DNA of 64,000 nt, from NCBI RefSeq assembly GCF_001194135.2, contig NC_068989.1, positions 82,119,504-82,183,503 on the forward strand, read 5' to 3'. Of the stretch, positions 39,350 to 52,895 are shown in pieces (positions within the stretch are counted from its first letter, which is position 1; every line of letters begins with the position of its first letter). The notes beneath the pieces are model-generated. The model searched no databases and had not been told where the DNA came from. It saw only the letters and a list, made by a program, of their open reading frames with translations. This DNA comes from Octopus bimaculoides. Its lineage: Eukaryota. The position numbers and the translations under genes are program-made.

Positions 39350-39735
39350 AGGCATGAAATTTTTGGGGGTAGGGGCCAGACGATTAGATCACCCCCAGTA
39401 CACAACTGATAATTTATTGACCCCAAAAGGATGAAAGACAAAGTTGACCTCGGCGGAATTTGAACTCAGAACATAAATACAAAATACTGCTAAGCATTTC
39501 TTATTTCTTTACTGCTCACAAGGGGCTACACACAGAGGGGACAAACAAGGATAGACAAAGGGATTAAGTCGATTACATCGACCCCAGTGCATAACTGGTA
39601 CTTAATTTATCGACCCCGAAACGATGAAAGGCAAAGTCGACCTCGGTGGAATTTGAACTCAGAACGTAATGGCAAACGAAATACCGCTAAGCATTTCGCC
39701 CGGCGCGCTAACGTTTCTGCCAGCTCGCTGCCTTT
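39350..39735 (-). mobile_element. Two family B SINEs: a young full-length copy (~39498-39735) adjoining an older partial copy
   Basis: Reverse complement of AAAGGCAGCGAGCTGGCAGAAACGTTAGC...CCCCTTGTGAGCAGTAAAGAAATAA. Confidence 0.85.
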
Positions 39736-39837
39736 GAGGTATATATTAGAGATGTAAGTTGTTGGTTGAGTTATATAAGAAATAGGAATATAGAAAATGT
39801 TTAATAATAACAAAATATTTTCTATATTCCTCTTTTG

Positions 39838-39884
<47 letters not shown>

Positions 39885-40529
39885 TACATTCATGTGTATG
39901 TATACTGAATGTATATACGTTTATTGCTTGTAGATTATAAGAGACTACCTTGTAAGGGTATGGTCGGAAGATGTAGTGTCCACAGAGGATATGAGACATA
40001 CAGACAGACATAACTTTGATATCAATCACACATAAATGATATGTGACTGATATTCCAGTATTCCTGAAATATACACTCAATTATATTCAAACATAGCTAA
40101 CCATATAACACAATTATACATAAACACACAATTATATCAATATAAATTCTAATAACCATGCAAGCCATTACATACTGTAATAGCCTCCAAATTACTAGAG
40201 TTCATGTTTTGTGGATTAGAACAGATTTGAGCTAAATCTCTCCTTGGATATGAAACTGGTCTATTACAGTTAACATTCACCAGATGATCTGGTTGTATTT
40301 AGAATACACTGTTTTGTCAAGAAACAAAATGAAACATACAGTAGATTTGAACTGGTGAGACTTATTGGGAGGCGGCAGATCAGTAAGTTATTTGCTTGAC
40401 TACTGGGACTCTACAGAAACCACGTCTTGTCTAGAATAGGGAGGGAGGGGGAACAATTATTTCCATTCTTTCAGCTTACAGCAAATGAGTGGGTTGTCTC
40501 CCTTGCAGAGGTAACTGAGCGGCTGCACA

Positions 40530-40543
40530 CACACACGCACACA

Positions 40544-40595
<52 letters not shown>

Positions 40596-40597
40596 CA
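40530..40597. repeat. (GCAC)n tetranucleotide microsatellite
   Basis: Visible directly in the sequence. Confidence 0.9.
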
Positions 40598-41188
40598 CCC
40601 TCTGTAGTGACTCCTGCATGCATGCATGCAATGCATATCTCATAAGAAATATATAAAATGAATACAAATAAATTTGATTTTAATACAAATCTTCCATTTT
40701 TATCAAAGAAACCTCAGGAAAGAACTTACTCACATGACTATATGCATCCTACTTCAGTTACATGTCTTTAACATTGCATATGTTGNNNNNNNNNNTCCAT
40801 TTTTATCAAAGAAACCTCAGGAAAGAACTTACTCACTTAACATTGCATATGTTGACTTTAAGTACCTGGTGTCCCTGATGTGTGTGTGTGTGTGTGTGTG
40901 TGAGTAAAGTCTCCCTCATGTTGGCATGTTCATGTATTTAAAGAGGGAGAAAAAAATTATTCTGACATTCCGAGTGCTGATGAATCTAATTTAAATGAAA
41001 ACCTAGAAAGTATACAATAGATATTTTTACATGGAATGTAGCATAAAGGAATCCAAACATTTCAGCAAATCTAATAGCACTACTAATAATAATGATAGAA
41101 TTAAAGAGACATATGTTTAAGCTGGATGTGACCTTAGACGTTTGCAGTTTTCAATGTACTTAATCACATTTCCACAATCCTGTGAATC

Positions 41189-41700
41189 AGCAGTCCCCAA
41201 CCTTTTTTGCACTAGCGACTGGTTTCATGTAAGACAATTTTTTCTGCTGACTGGAAGGTGCGTGTGGTGTTGGTCCTGCATATATACTATGGACAATGAA
41301 ATGTATAATATAGGCGCGGGCATGGCTGTGTGGTTAGGAAGCTTGCTACCCAGCTACATGGTTTCAGGTTCAGTCCCACCGCGTGGCACCTTGGGCAAGT
41401 GTCTTCTGCTATAGCCCTGGGCCGACCGAAGCTTTGTGATTGAATTTGGTAGGCGGAAGTTACTGCCGTGTGTGTATATATTTGTGCTTGTGCCTCTCCA
41501 AAAGAGAGAGAGAGGGAATGACTTAATTATTATATATATAATACATATATTTTATATACACTGCAAAACACCCTGCAGACTGAGTTAGTCAATATAAAAA
41601 AAAAGAAAAATTTCTAAAATTTCTTCTGTCTGTGCAGTCCAATACCAAATGATCTATGGCCAAATGCTGGTCTGTAGCCTGGTGGTTGTGGACTCATTCT
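41189..41700. mobile_element. hAT-type MITE (MER20-like end) containing the 5' part of a family A SINE (41314-41470)
   Basis: CAGCAGTCCCCAACCTTTTTTGCAC left end and a GGTGGTTGTGGACTC-like right end. An inverted copy of the left end occurs at ~47610-47657. Confidence 0.5.
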
Positions 41701-41738
41701 GTAGAGTAATTACTTAACCCTTTTGTTACCATATTTCT

Positions 41739-41973
41739 TATTTCTTTATTGCCCACAAGGGGCTAAACATAAAGGGGACAAACAAGGACAGACAAAGGGA
41801 TTAAGTCGATTACATTGACCCCAGTGAGCAACTGGTACTTAATTTATCGATCTCGAAAAGATGAAAGGCAAAGTTGACCTCAGTGGAATTTGAACTCAGA
41901 AAGTAACGGCAGATGAAATACCGCTAAGCAGTTCGCCTGGTGTGCTAACGTTTCTGCCAGCTCGCCGCCTTTT
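41739..41973 (-). mobile_element. Family B SINE, full length, 13-bp TSD
   Basis: TTACCATATTTCT at 41726-41738 and 41974-41986. Confidence 0.9.
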
Positions 41974-42023
41974 TTACCATATTTCTGTTGAGATGCTCCA
42001 TTTCTTTCGATTAATTCTAAATA

Positions 42024-42266
42024 TAGGGTGTTCAAAAAGTCTCTCTGCAGTAAGTATTTTATTGGCAAATAAATATTTAGAATATAGTATAAGATTGCAG
42101 AAGATTATATTAGACTTTACAAGAATTTAAAAAACTTTATAAGGTGTTGATAGTGTCGTCCTTCATTTTCAATACATAAGTTGACTCTTCTACACATGTT
42201 TTGAAATACATCTTGGAGAGTCAAGATGAAAAAACTTCACTGCGGAGAGACTTTTTGAACACCATG
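42024..42266. mobile_element. Tc1/mariner-type MITE with ~28-bp TIRs
   Basis: TAGGGTGTTCAAAAAGTCTCTCTGCAGT ... ACTGCGGAGAGACTTTTTGAACACCATG, flanked by TA. Confidence 0.85.
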
Positions 42267-42896
42267 TATAACAAATGATTTAGTAAAATAACGTAGTTAT
42301 CATTAAGCTAATGTTAGGAACATAAAGTGTGACTAAGGTTTGGTGGAAGATTTTAATTCAGAACATTTGAAAACAAGACATTTGTACTAGAAAGCCAGAG
42401 GTGGTTTCAACTGGGTTAGTATCAAAATAGTTAAATCTCAAACACTCTTTTCACTCAACTAGTTCTATAATTAATTAATATTTTTCAGGAATAATCTAGT
42501 GTGATTTGGAATGGTATGATGTAACACAGTTTGTGTGTAAGATAACACTGTATGGTGTGAGGTGATACAGAATGGTTCAAGGTGACATGGTATGATGTAA
42601 TGTAGCATAGAACGGTTTATGACATTACAGAATAGCACAAGGTAACACAGTTCAGTACAACTTCATGCATAGACAGAGTAAGGTGACACATTGGTTTAAA
42701 ACACTAGTTCTCAAGCCATGTGTCACAAAACACTATTGTACCATAGAACAATACTATGCCACAGAACACTGATGTACCTTTAGGGAATGTCTGTGTACTG
42801 TGGATTTTTAATGCCCTAGAAAATTTATCTGAATGCATGACCATATTAATAAAAACATGCCATTCACAATTTTTCTTATATACATGTTTGTATATA

Positions 42897-43351
42897 CAGG
42901 TCGTCGTCGACTTACGACCACAATTGGTTCCGACTGACTGGTCATAAGTCGATTTAGTCGTAAGTTGGCCTATAGGCCTACATAGCTTTGTTTTATATTT
43001 TTACATTCGTAAGGTACATTCTCAGGTAAAAGTCAAACACAACATTTTTTTTTTACTATTATACTGGCGTTAGTCATAAATTTCTAAGTCTCAAGCAGTC
43101 GTCTTATAAACAAATATGATATCTCTGCAACAGGATATTCATCCAACAGTTGGGATAACCACTGTGGTGATTGATTACCAAACCTAGGGGAAGCATTTAT
43201 TAGCTAACATAATCTGTAGATGAGTAAATTTCTAAGAAATTAAAGCCATTAGATTTCAACTGGACTATTTACTATTACTGCCAGGAGTTGGTGCACCAAT
43301 CATCATAAAGTCGGTTATAAGTTGTATAGGTCACAAGTCAACAACGACCTG
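42897..43351. mobile_element. Tigger/pogo-type MITE with 23-bp TIRs and TA TSD
   Basis: TA|CAGGTCGTCGTCGACTTACGACC ... GGTCACAAGTCAACAACGACCTG|TA. The four mismatches between the TIRs are all CpG-decay type. Confidence 0.88.
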
Positions 43352-43489
43352 TATATTAACTAGCAGGACTGTGTCACAAACTAAGGGAGTCTGAAAAGAG
43401 GGAGGTCATGACCTCTGCAAGAGATCATAGCAGATCATCACTTCCACCTGGCTGGTCACAGTCTCTGTCAAGCCCAGACCCCTTTGATT

Positions 43490-43800
43490 ACTATCTATGG
43501 ACCCCTGTGATTACTATTCTATTCAAGTGGACCCCCCATAGTCATTTGATGTTTAAAAACTAGTTTTATAGAAACTTCTTTCAAAATTCCTATTTTGTTT
43601 TTCATATGTTAACTTCTGTAGGTTGAATTGTGGAAAATGTTAGAGAAAGAAACCTATTTTTTTGCAATACATACTAATACACACATCTAAAGCAAAGTTT
43701 TTTTCAGGAGTCCTTAAAATACTATTGCAAATCCTTAATTTATTCTTTTTCTACGTGGACTCCCCAAAATCTTACATGGACCCTGATTGAGAACCTCTGG
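43490..43800. mobile_element. hAT-type MITE fragment
   Basis: The right end GATTGAGAACCTCTG and internal GGACCCC motifs resemble 44419-44647 and ~14790-14850. Confidence 0.5.
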
Positions 43801-44418
43801 TCTAGCCGATCAACAGTACTCGAAATCTGCTATGACTTGGGTACTACCTGACATAAAAGAGGCAGACTGAAGATCACTTGGTGATGGACATTTCACAATG
43901 ACCTGAAGACAGCCAATACTATGTGGATTGGATGTGCAAGAGTAACAGCCAACAGAACCAAGCAGAGGAAGCTTGTTGCCCAATGCGCTGAGCAGTGCAG
44001 GAGGAGCTAAAGTATAATTAATAAAACAAGGAAAGCAATAGCTTTCTATATTTTTTTCTACATTTTAAAAGCAAATTTTATTTAAAGCAGTTGTGTTTTT
44101 TTAACTTTCTATGTAGGCCAGTAATTTAGTCTTTGATCTGTAATGTAATATAAAGTCAAGCATATTAAGAACACAGATCAAAGATGACACAAAGAGTGTA
44201 ATGTTACTGTGCAGCATGATTAAAAATGACGCAAAATGGATGAGGTTGTTGTTGTTGTTTAGCCACGGGCTAACTAATTGCATAAGCCTTTCAACTATAA
44301 TCATTCTTTTTCTGAAGTACAGTAAACCCACCATATCATCAGTCTTTTCTAAGATAGTGAGACGTATATTGGGGGAGATTTGGCTGCTATTTCCAGCAGG
44401 TTCATCAACTACATAGAG

Positions 44419-44647
44419 AAGTGGTTCTCAACTCGGGTCCATGTAAGATTTTGTTGTTGAAGTTTATCTGCCATAAATTCGTTATACTTCTACAATTCAC
44501 AAAATATTTTTTCCTGATAATAATTGATTATTAAAATATAATAGGATTTTTTAAACATTGAATGGCTGTAGGGGCCCATCTGAAAAAAAAAAAAACAGGA
44601 GGCAAAGGGGTCTATAGGTAAAAAAAAAAAATGGTTGAGAAACACTG
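44419..44647. mobile_element. hAT-type MITE with 8-bp TSD
   Basis: Termini AAGTGGTTCTCAAC ... GTTGAGAAACACTG. Flanks ACATAGAG and ATATAGAG match at 7 of 8 positions. Confidence 0.85.
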
Positions 44648-44785
44648 ATATAGAGGTTCCTTCATTAACTTTGGTATGAGATGACATGCCTCAAATAAAC
44701 TCCATCCAATCAATGCAACCATGAAAAAGTGGACCATATATGACGATGAAGATGATGAGTGACCAGTCAATACATAACAATAACC

Positions 44786-45020
44786 TCTAAAGCGGCGAGC
44801 TGGCAGAATCGTTAGCATGCCGGCCGGAATGCTTAGCGGTATTTCGGCTGCCGTTACGTTCTAAGTTCAAATTCCGCCGAGGTCGACTTTGTCTTTCATC
44901 CCTTCGGGGTTAATTAAATAAGTACCAGTAAGGCACTGGGGTTGACGTAATCGACTTAATCGCTTTGTCAGTCCTTGTTTGTCCCCTCTATGTTTAGCCT
45001 CCTGAGGGCAATAAAAAAAA
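44786..45020 (+). mobile_element. Family B SINE, young, poly(A) tail, 17-bp TSD
   Basis: AATACATAACAATAACC at 44769-44785 and 45021-45037. Inserted into a ~20-bp GTGACCAGTCAAT minisatellite (44757-45165). Confidence 0.92.
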
Positions 45021-45512
45021 AATACATAACAATAACCAGTCAATGTATAACAGTGACCAGTTAATATATAACTGATTGGTCTATATAACTGTGAATAGTG
45101 TATCAAATAATAGTGACCAATCAACTGTGAAGTGACCAGTCAATATATAATAGTGATCAGCCAGCACCGAATGAGAGTGGTTCAATGTTGTAAGCGATGC
45201 ATGACACACTGTGTACCATGTCTGGAGTTACATGGGATGAGATTGTCCACCAGATTTTGTTATGTGGTAGATTTAACATGTAATTCAAGTTTAACCTCAC
45301 AACCTGGTCCTTCAGTGCAGCAAACATTCAAACTAGAGCCCTGTTACAGTCCTCACATATATCTTAAACACACTGAACTGAAGATGTCCAAACAGACTGA
45401 ACATCATCCACATCAATCATGCCAGTCTGCGTGTGTCCCCTGCAAGCATCATGGACCCTGCTCCACGTCCCTTCACTTATTTAACATGAAAGCCTTTAAT
45501 AAATTTGAAAAA

Positions 45513-45990
45513 GGAGTGGCTGTGTGGTAAGTAGCTTGTTTATGAACCACATGGTTCCGGGTTCAGTCCCACTGCGTGGCACCTTGGGCAAGTGTATTCT
45601 ACTATAGCCTCAAGCCAGCCAAAGCCTTGTGAGTGGATTTGGTAGATAGAAACTGAAAGAAGCCCGTCATATATNNNNNNNNNNNNNNNNNNNNNNNNNN
45701 NNNNNNNNNNNNNNNNNNNNNNNNNNNNNNNNNNNNNNNNNNNNNNNNNNNNNNNNNNNNNNNNNNNNNNNNNNNNNNNNNNNNNNNNNNNNNNNNNNNN
45801 NNNNNNNNNNNNNNNNNNNNNNNNNNNNNNNNNNNNNNNNNNNNNNNNNNNNNNNNNNNNNNNNNNNNNNNNNNNNNNNNNNNNNNNNNNNNNNNNNNNN
45901 NNNNNNNNNNNNNNNNNNNNCGATTTGCTCGACTAAAGACGGTGCTCCAGCATGGCCGCAGTCAAATGATTGAAACAAGTAAAAGAGTAA
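45513..45990 (+). mobile_element. SINE family A spanning a gap
   Basis: Head lies before the N-run and tail after it. The gap coincides with the internal microsatellite. Confidence 0.85.
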
Positions 45991-46859
45991 ATAAATGAGA
46001 CACCTGGACTTGCAGCTCTTACTGATCATTGCTACACTCTTTCTTAAAGGTGAGTAACCATGTAGCTTCTCTATAAGAACCTGCTTGCTCTTCCCTCCTC
46101 CTTTACCCTAGACCCTCATTTCCTCAAATAAATGCTGCCCCTCACTAGTTAGTGATCTTACTAACTCACTAGAGCTAGTGGCACAAAAAAAACAAAAAAA
46201 AAAACAAAACCAAAAATCAAAAAGCACCCAGTACACTCTGTAGAGTAGTTGGCATTAAAATAAGTATCCAACTGGAGAAACCAGGCTGCAGACACTGGAG
46301 CATGATGCAATCCTTGGATCCATTGAATCCTGTCAAATAATCCAACCCATTCCAGGATGGAACATGGATGTTAAATAATGATGATGATGATATGTTCATG
46401 AAGATGGCGCCTTGGTGAAAATTGTGCAGCATTACATGTATGTTACTCCATTATAGGTGACATAATCAGGAGGCACTGCCACCTATCTGTCAGATAGTTC
46501 TAAATCAAAATTGGAAAATATATCAGTCTCGTACTGCTAGAAATAGTAGCCAAATCTCCATCAAAATTTTCTATCCCGTTTTACAAAACAGGAAGGACAC
46601 ATTCAGTAATGTATTTCTAGATGTGCCATATCTAGTAAAATACTGTTTGACCACAGCTTGAACATCTGTTATTTTATCTAAAGTTTGATCAGAACTGATC
46701 TGTGACTACAAAAAAAGCACAATGGCAAGAGTTACTTAAAGTGGAATTAGATGTTTAGGGGAATTACATGTTGAGAGAGAGAGGAAAGAGAGGAGAGAGA
46801 GAGAAAAAGAGATAAAGGAAAGGGAGAGAGGGGGAGAGAGAGGGAGAGACCCATATAAA

Positions 46860-47125
46860 TATCTACAGAGATAGCTCCTTAATAACTCATTATATAAAGG
46901 TCATACGAAATAGATACAGACCACCTAACTATAAGGATATCCCTTAATAACTCAAAATAAAAAGGCTCTGATAGATAAAGGTCCCTTATTTACAGAGGTA
47001 ACCCATTAATAATTTATGCAGAAGTCTTGTTGGAGACCCCCTATCTACAGAGGTAACTCCCTAATAACTCATTATACAAAAGTCCTTTCAGAGACCCTTC
47101 CCCTATTTATGGAGGTAACCCATTC
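46860..47125. repeat. Degenerate minisatellite (~40-bp, ACAGAGGTAAC.CC.TAATAACTC motif)
   Basis: The motif recurs about 6 times, with an echo at ~47690-47745. Confidence 0.65.
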
Positions 47126-48399
47126 AGAATTCTTCATGCAGCACAAGAGTCTCCAACCACATGTCATGGACCAGTACCAGGCTGCTCTTATTTTAACTGT
47201 CCTGTTATTTGTACTGTTGTCCATTGTCCAGACCTCATGTCCATTGACCTCTGTGAAGAGGTCACAGATGTGTGATGAAAGATTTCTTGACAATGGACAA
47301 GAGTTAAATAATAAAATAAGAACAGTAATAAATGAGTGAAGAAAAATATATAGTGCTTGTGTTTATTTGGAAAAAAAAAAATGACCATTCTGAAATACAA
47401 CAATATGTTTCAACACATGATTTTGCATCAGAAATCTTGCAAAACGAATTGATAAATATAATAATTTTATTTCTATTTTATTCTATTTTATCATGGTCTG
47501 TACAGTGTTTTTGCATTAGATATGTAATATATATATATATATATAGATATATAGATATATATATTTGTATTTTGTAATGGGTGTGATTCCCCAGTCTGTG
47601 GGAAAATTGTCTTGCATGAAACAGGTCCATGGTGCAAAAAAAGGTAGGGGATAGCTGATGTAGAAGTCTTGTCAGAAACCCCCTAACTGCAGAGGTAACC
47701 CATCAATACTCCATTATCCACAATCAGTAATCCAATAACTCCATCAAAAACAATAAAATTGAAAACATAAACAAAACGAAATACAACTCAATTATTAATG
47801 ATTCAAGAATCAATAAACTAGCTATGGTAGGCTATTTCACCTCACTGCTAATCTTTCAGGTTAATATTCAACTGTTTTGGTACTATTGTTTAGCCCTCGG
47901 CCTTGATCCAGCAGACCAAATGATCAACTGTGTTCCAACTGTGACAATGCCATTTTTTTTTTTTACCTACAAGGGACTACATTGTCCAATGTAAGCTTAC
48001 TCTTTTCTCAGATGGTAATGTGAAAGATCTGAGATAAACTTAGCTCCTACTTCTAGCAGGCCCAGCAACCAAGTAGTAATTCTCACATAAGTTGATGCTA
48101 TTTAATCCTGGGTTAGGTCTGAGCGAACAGAACCGAGCAAAGATGCTCCAGCTTGGATCGTACTATAATTTTCATAAAGACATCTTAGTTTGATTTGAAA
48201 GAGATTTGGGTGCTATTTCTAACAGGTTGATTGGCCATGTAGATGCTACCTCATGGCTAATAAAGGTAGGAGCCAAAGTTTGTGAAATGACATGAAATAT
48301 AAAAATAATAAAACAACCTACCGTAGTGTAGATGGTACTGATGGTGGTGGTACAGAGAGTACCAATTGTGGTACATTGTTCTATCACAGTGGTTGTCAT

Positions 48400-49030
48400 T
48401 CCTGATCGACGAAAAGGCAATTTCTCCCGGCCCCAATTTCGGAGGAGCTGGATTTTCCTCGAGGGTTTGTCTGTGCTCAATATAATCTTCAGCATCTTGC
48501 TTGCTAGAGATCACTGCCACTAAAGAGTACAGAGAGTAAGCCAGGTAGGAGCTGACCAAATTAACAATTAGCAGACCACTGATGAATACTGAAAAGTACT
48601 TGGGATGGCATCTAGGAGAAGGACCAAGGTATAGCCACATTGCCAATTGCACATTGAAACTTCCTCTTCCAGCAGAAATTTATACCCACTTTCAATTGAT
48701 TCTGGATTCTTCTGGAGATTTCCACTTTCTGTTTGGAAATATAGTTACAGTTTTAAGGATCTGTATGTCAGCTCTAGATGGAGCTGCCTGTTACCACAAG
48801 ATGTCTATCACTTCTCAGGAGGAGCAAGGGTGATGAAAGGTAAAGTGAAAATGTGGTGACTTCAACAATGTCCAGTTAGATTATATTGGTGAATTGATAC
48901 AGATTTCAGTAACAATTGTAAATGGAATGTTCTTTAATAGTAAGAGTCTCTTGAACACAATGTACAGGAGTTCGAACCTGGATATCAATTATGCTCTCAT
49001 TCTCTCCAACACAACATACACAGTTCCAAA
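48400..49030 (-). mobile_element. Probable decayed LINE ORF2 (APE endonuclease C-terminal region)
   Basis: Broken-frame echoes I*LDIV and LRSDRHLVV (cf. the NQIDYI and SDHxxV motifs). Many stops. Confidence 0.35.
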
Positions 49031-49108
49031 CTTTATTTTCTCAAACATTGATTATATCCAATATATTCCAGTTATTTTCTCAGTTATCACAAGATATTTA
49101 TATATACA

Positions 49109-49158
<50 letters not shown>

Positions 49159-50542
49159 AGAGTCTATCTCCTTTCACTTATAAACAGTCACTGGCTCTAT
49201 TTTGGCAAGTTACATTTATATTTTCTGATAATTTGAAGTTTTCACAAAGTTTGTCTGATGTCTTGCTTACAGTATTGAAAGCGAGAAGGAAGTGATAAAA
49301 ATATACAAACATAAGTTTCAGTTCAAAGAAAGATAATTTGGGTTATTTCTTTGAAAAACAGCAAAAGAAAGAAATATAGGTGAGTGGTAAAATAGAATAA
49401 AGAATAGATAAAATTTGTAGGTGGAAATGAAATACTGAGAATAGCTTTACAGAACTAAGTCACTTGTTAATATCTTCACCGAATTTGTTTGTGGGTAGGA
49501 TTGTAGTTGTTTTTGTTGTTATATTCATAGAAAGTGGAGACTAAAAAGCTTAAAGGAGATACAAAAGGAATAAATAGTTTAACAATGAGCCAAACAGGCG
49601 GCAGAGGAGCAAGTGTGAAGCAGATATGGTTAAATGAAGACAGGGGAAAAGTGTCAAACACCTTACAAAATATGATGTACTTGCTACAGCCAGTTCCAAA
49701 TTTTGTTGATTAAAAAGTTTATAATGAACAAGGAGTAACGAATATCAATTCAAAAAAAATTATCCCTCTACACTCACAGTTCAGTCCTTATATTTAACAA
49801 ATAGATTTAAAAAGTAAAATCTAAAATCGAAAGATCAGGATAAGGACTAAACTGAGTTGAAGATTGAAGTATAGATATACATGTAGAGGGAGCAATCTGG
49901 AATGACTCTAAGTATATCCTATGTGTGCATGTGTGTATAATTTCCGATTTCAGGTTCTGGGAGATCTCCACACTAAATCTGATACAATTTGATGCTGTTG
50001 TTGTTGTTATTGTTGTTATTATTATTATATTGTAAATAATAATTATAATTGTAAATTGTAATAATATATTGTATAAGAAATTATTTAACAAATTCCATTG
50101 AAGTCACAGAAAACAGGTGAAGTCATCAAAAAATTCCAGTGAAGATAAATAGAAATATCCAAATAATATATAATGAAAATTATATAATATATAATAATAA
50201 TAATAATATGTTGTATATGTATAGATATATATGTATAGATATATATGTATAGGTATATATGTATATGTGCACGTTTTTAAGTTTTTGGGTATATTAGCTT
50301 TTCTTTTGTTTTCTTTTTTTCTTTAAGGAATTAAAAGTACATTGTTTGTTTGTTTGTTTTGTTATTAGGCCAGCTGAGAAGAGGTGGACAAGGTGGCGTC
50401 GTGATGGTGTTAGAGAGTTCCTCCTAGATCCTCCTGGCTGCATGCACGTCTGGTAACGTTGGCAGCCACCAACAAACTAATATGGTTGATATTCACTTGT
50501 GAAGAAGGGCAGCAGATATAGGTGGATATGAGATGGGGGAGG

Positions 50543-50583
<41 letters not shown>

Positions 50584-50866
50584 GGTAGAAAGGAAAAGAA
50601 AAAGGAAGGCAGGGAATGTGGGGGCGAGTAGGAGGAAAACTAGGAGAAAAAGGAAGAGATGAGAGAGAGAGATAAAGAAGGAGAGAGAGAGAGAGAGATG
50701 AAGGAAATGAGGTGAAAAAGAAGGAGTCAGAGAGAAAGAAAGTTAAGAATTTATACATCAAACACACATACACATACATGTATGTATGCATGCATGCACA
50801 CATACATACACATACATACACAGACATGTACACACACACACACACACANNNNNNNNNNACAGACAT

Positions 50867-50905
<39 letters not shown>

Positions 50906-51017
50906 CCACACAGTCAATTGCACAAATTTTCAGGTAATTACCTGGCAGTTCCCTCACTACACCACCAGCACCTATCCCATCACCCTCTACCACTCCTCCT
51001 TGCTGAGTTGCTGTCGA

Positions 51018-51051
<34 letters not shown>

Positions 51052-51769
51052 TGCAGCAGTGACAGTGATGATGGAGCTATGAAAGCATTCTGGTAGGAGA
51101 GGGAGGGNNNNNNNNNNAGTACAGCTGGCATTCCATCATCCAAGAAAGGTAACAAACATTACAGAGATTGTGAAGAAGCTCATCCTGCTTCTCTTTCTCT
51201 CTGTTTATGTTTGTTTATATATATATATATATATATATATTGTATATATATAATGTATATATGTATATCTACATACATACACACGCACAGGTAGCAGCAG
51301 TCCTCATGTTCAAAAACTGTCCCTTTCTCACACACACTCCTGTCAACAACAACAGCATCAACAACAGTTGTAGTTTGGTTGCTATAACAAAGGTATTATT
51401 AGGGAACAGAGTGGCCCCTTTTTTTAAACAACATTCCCTAGTTTCTACCCCGCCACCTCTCCCTTAAACTACTTCGCTCCCTTCATTCCAATAAACCTCA
51501 CAATCCAGCAGACACCCCAGTTTTTACACATCAGGGTTGTTGTTGTTGTTGTTGTTTTGGGGATAGCAAAGGGGGAGAAATTGATATGCAAACAATGTTT
51601 TGGAGTAAGTACTGGGGTTCACAGAAAGAAGAGAATGTAGGCAAAGAGGAAGAGGGATAGCTACCCAGCCAACCAGTAACTTTCTCCCCTCAAATATAGG
51701 AAAGTCAGATGAAAAAAAACAAAAAACAAAAAAAAAAAACTGTAAATATTAGCTTTCTTCCCCAGGTGA

Positions 51770-51965
51770 AAAATAGGGGTTGTTAAAGATTTTCCCTGCC
51801 ATGATCTCTCTTCTCTCTAGCAAGAAATAGGGGTCGCTAAAGATCTTCATTACAATGACCTCTCTACTCTCTTGTGAAAAATTAGGGTAACTAAAGATCT
51901 TCACTACCATCATCTCTCTACTTTTTAGTTAAAAATGGGGGTTACTAACGATCACTTCCTCTACT
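51770..51965. repeat. Tandem repeat, ~54-bp unit x4
   Basis: AAATAGGGGT..CTAAAGATCTTCA.TAC.ATGA.CTCTCTACT units. Confidence 0.8.
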
Positions 51966-52173
51966 AATAAGAGTTGTGTTGGTGATGTTGTAAATCTCAT
52001 CTCTCTCCCATCACACACACATAAGCACTGAGATGTACTTCAGATTCCCCAATTCCCAGTTCTCCACGTGATTATGTTGATGATGATGATAAGCCTTGTT
52101 TAACCTATCTTCTATTTAAATCACTCCCGGAATGTTATCGAGTTCCGGTAACCAAAGACCTGATATCCTTTAG

Positions 52174-52395
52174 CCCTTTAGAATTCAGATTAGTTTGTCA
52201 AATGTATTGGTTTTTTTATTCACATTGTTTTGAATTAACCATGCATTATCTTGTAGCTTTGAGATTTCGATGATGGGATTGTTTACTTTTACTATGGTAT
52301 TATAGAGTGGATGTAAGAGACTGTATTTGGCTAATTTGAACATAAAACAAATAAGAATATTTTGTTTGGATTTGGCCAGTTGAAATGCTAAAGGG
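52174..52395. mobile_element. piggyBac-like MITE (CCCTTTAG...CTAAAGGG); partial copy ending at ~17755
   Basis: CCCTTTAGAATTC ... AAATGCTAAAGGG inverted ends. The 17755 copy retains GGG|TTAA. Confidence 0.6.
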
Positions 52396-52409
52396 TTTTG
52401 ATGTCCCTG

Positions 52410-52895
52410 TAACGTAGTGGATCAGTAAAAGACACCAATAGAATGAAAACCAGGTTTAAAAAAGAAATAAAGAACTGGGGTCAATTTATTCAACTACAGT
52501 TCCTCAAGGCAGTGTCCCAGTATGGCTGCAGTCTAATGACTGAAACAAGTAAAAGATAAACGATGTATATATACATATATATGTCTATGTATATTTTTTT
52601 CTCAGTGTTTGTCACCCACTACCACCTGACAGCTAATGTTGATTTGTTTACATCCCCATAACTTAGTGGTCTGGCGTAAGAGACTGATAAAGTAAATACC
52701 AGGCTTATAAATAAAAATACTGGGGTCAATTCATTCGACTAAAATTCTTCAAAGTGGTGCCCCAGCATGGCCACAGTCTGACTGAAACAGTAAAAGATAA
52801 ACCATTACTGAAAGATAAGCACTGGGGTCAATTTGTGTGACTAAAACCCTTCAATGTGGTGCCCCAGCATGGCCAGTCCAATAAGTGAAACAAGT
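52410..52895 (+). mobile_element. Three head-to-tail family A SINE 3' segments
   Basis: Repeated CTGGGGTCAATT...CCCAGCATGGCC...GACTGAAACAAGTAAAAGA. Confidence 0.75.

Larger units (their letters stand above)
41718..42430. mobile_element. piggyBac-like MITE (TTAA-flanked) carrying two nested insertions
   Basis: TTAA|CCCTTTTGTTACC ... GGTTAGTATCAAAATAG|TTAA. The right end is diverged. Confidence 0.55.

Noticed and set aside
38775-39355. ORFs rich in HT/IY/CV dipeptides or poly-Y/V/M (many across the window)
   Set aside because: They are translations of (CA)n, (TA)n and trinucleotide microsatellites with no protein-like content.
40693-40854. Duplicated segment around a 10-N gap, with one copy carrying an extra ~35 nt
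   Set aside because: Most simply two haplotypes of a heterozygous indel placed side by side by the assembler.
46030-46056. Plus-strand TCTTTCTTAAAG|GTGAGT recursive-like motif
   Set aside because: AAG is a weak acceptor, the strand is opposite to the best exon, and no downstream exon is evident. It shows that such motifs can occur by chance.
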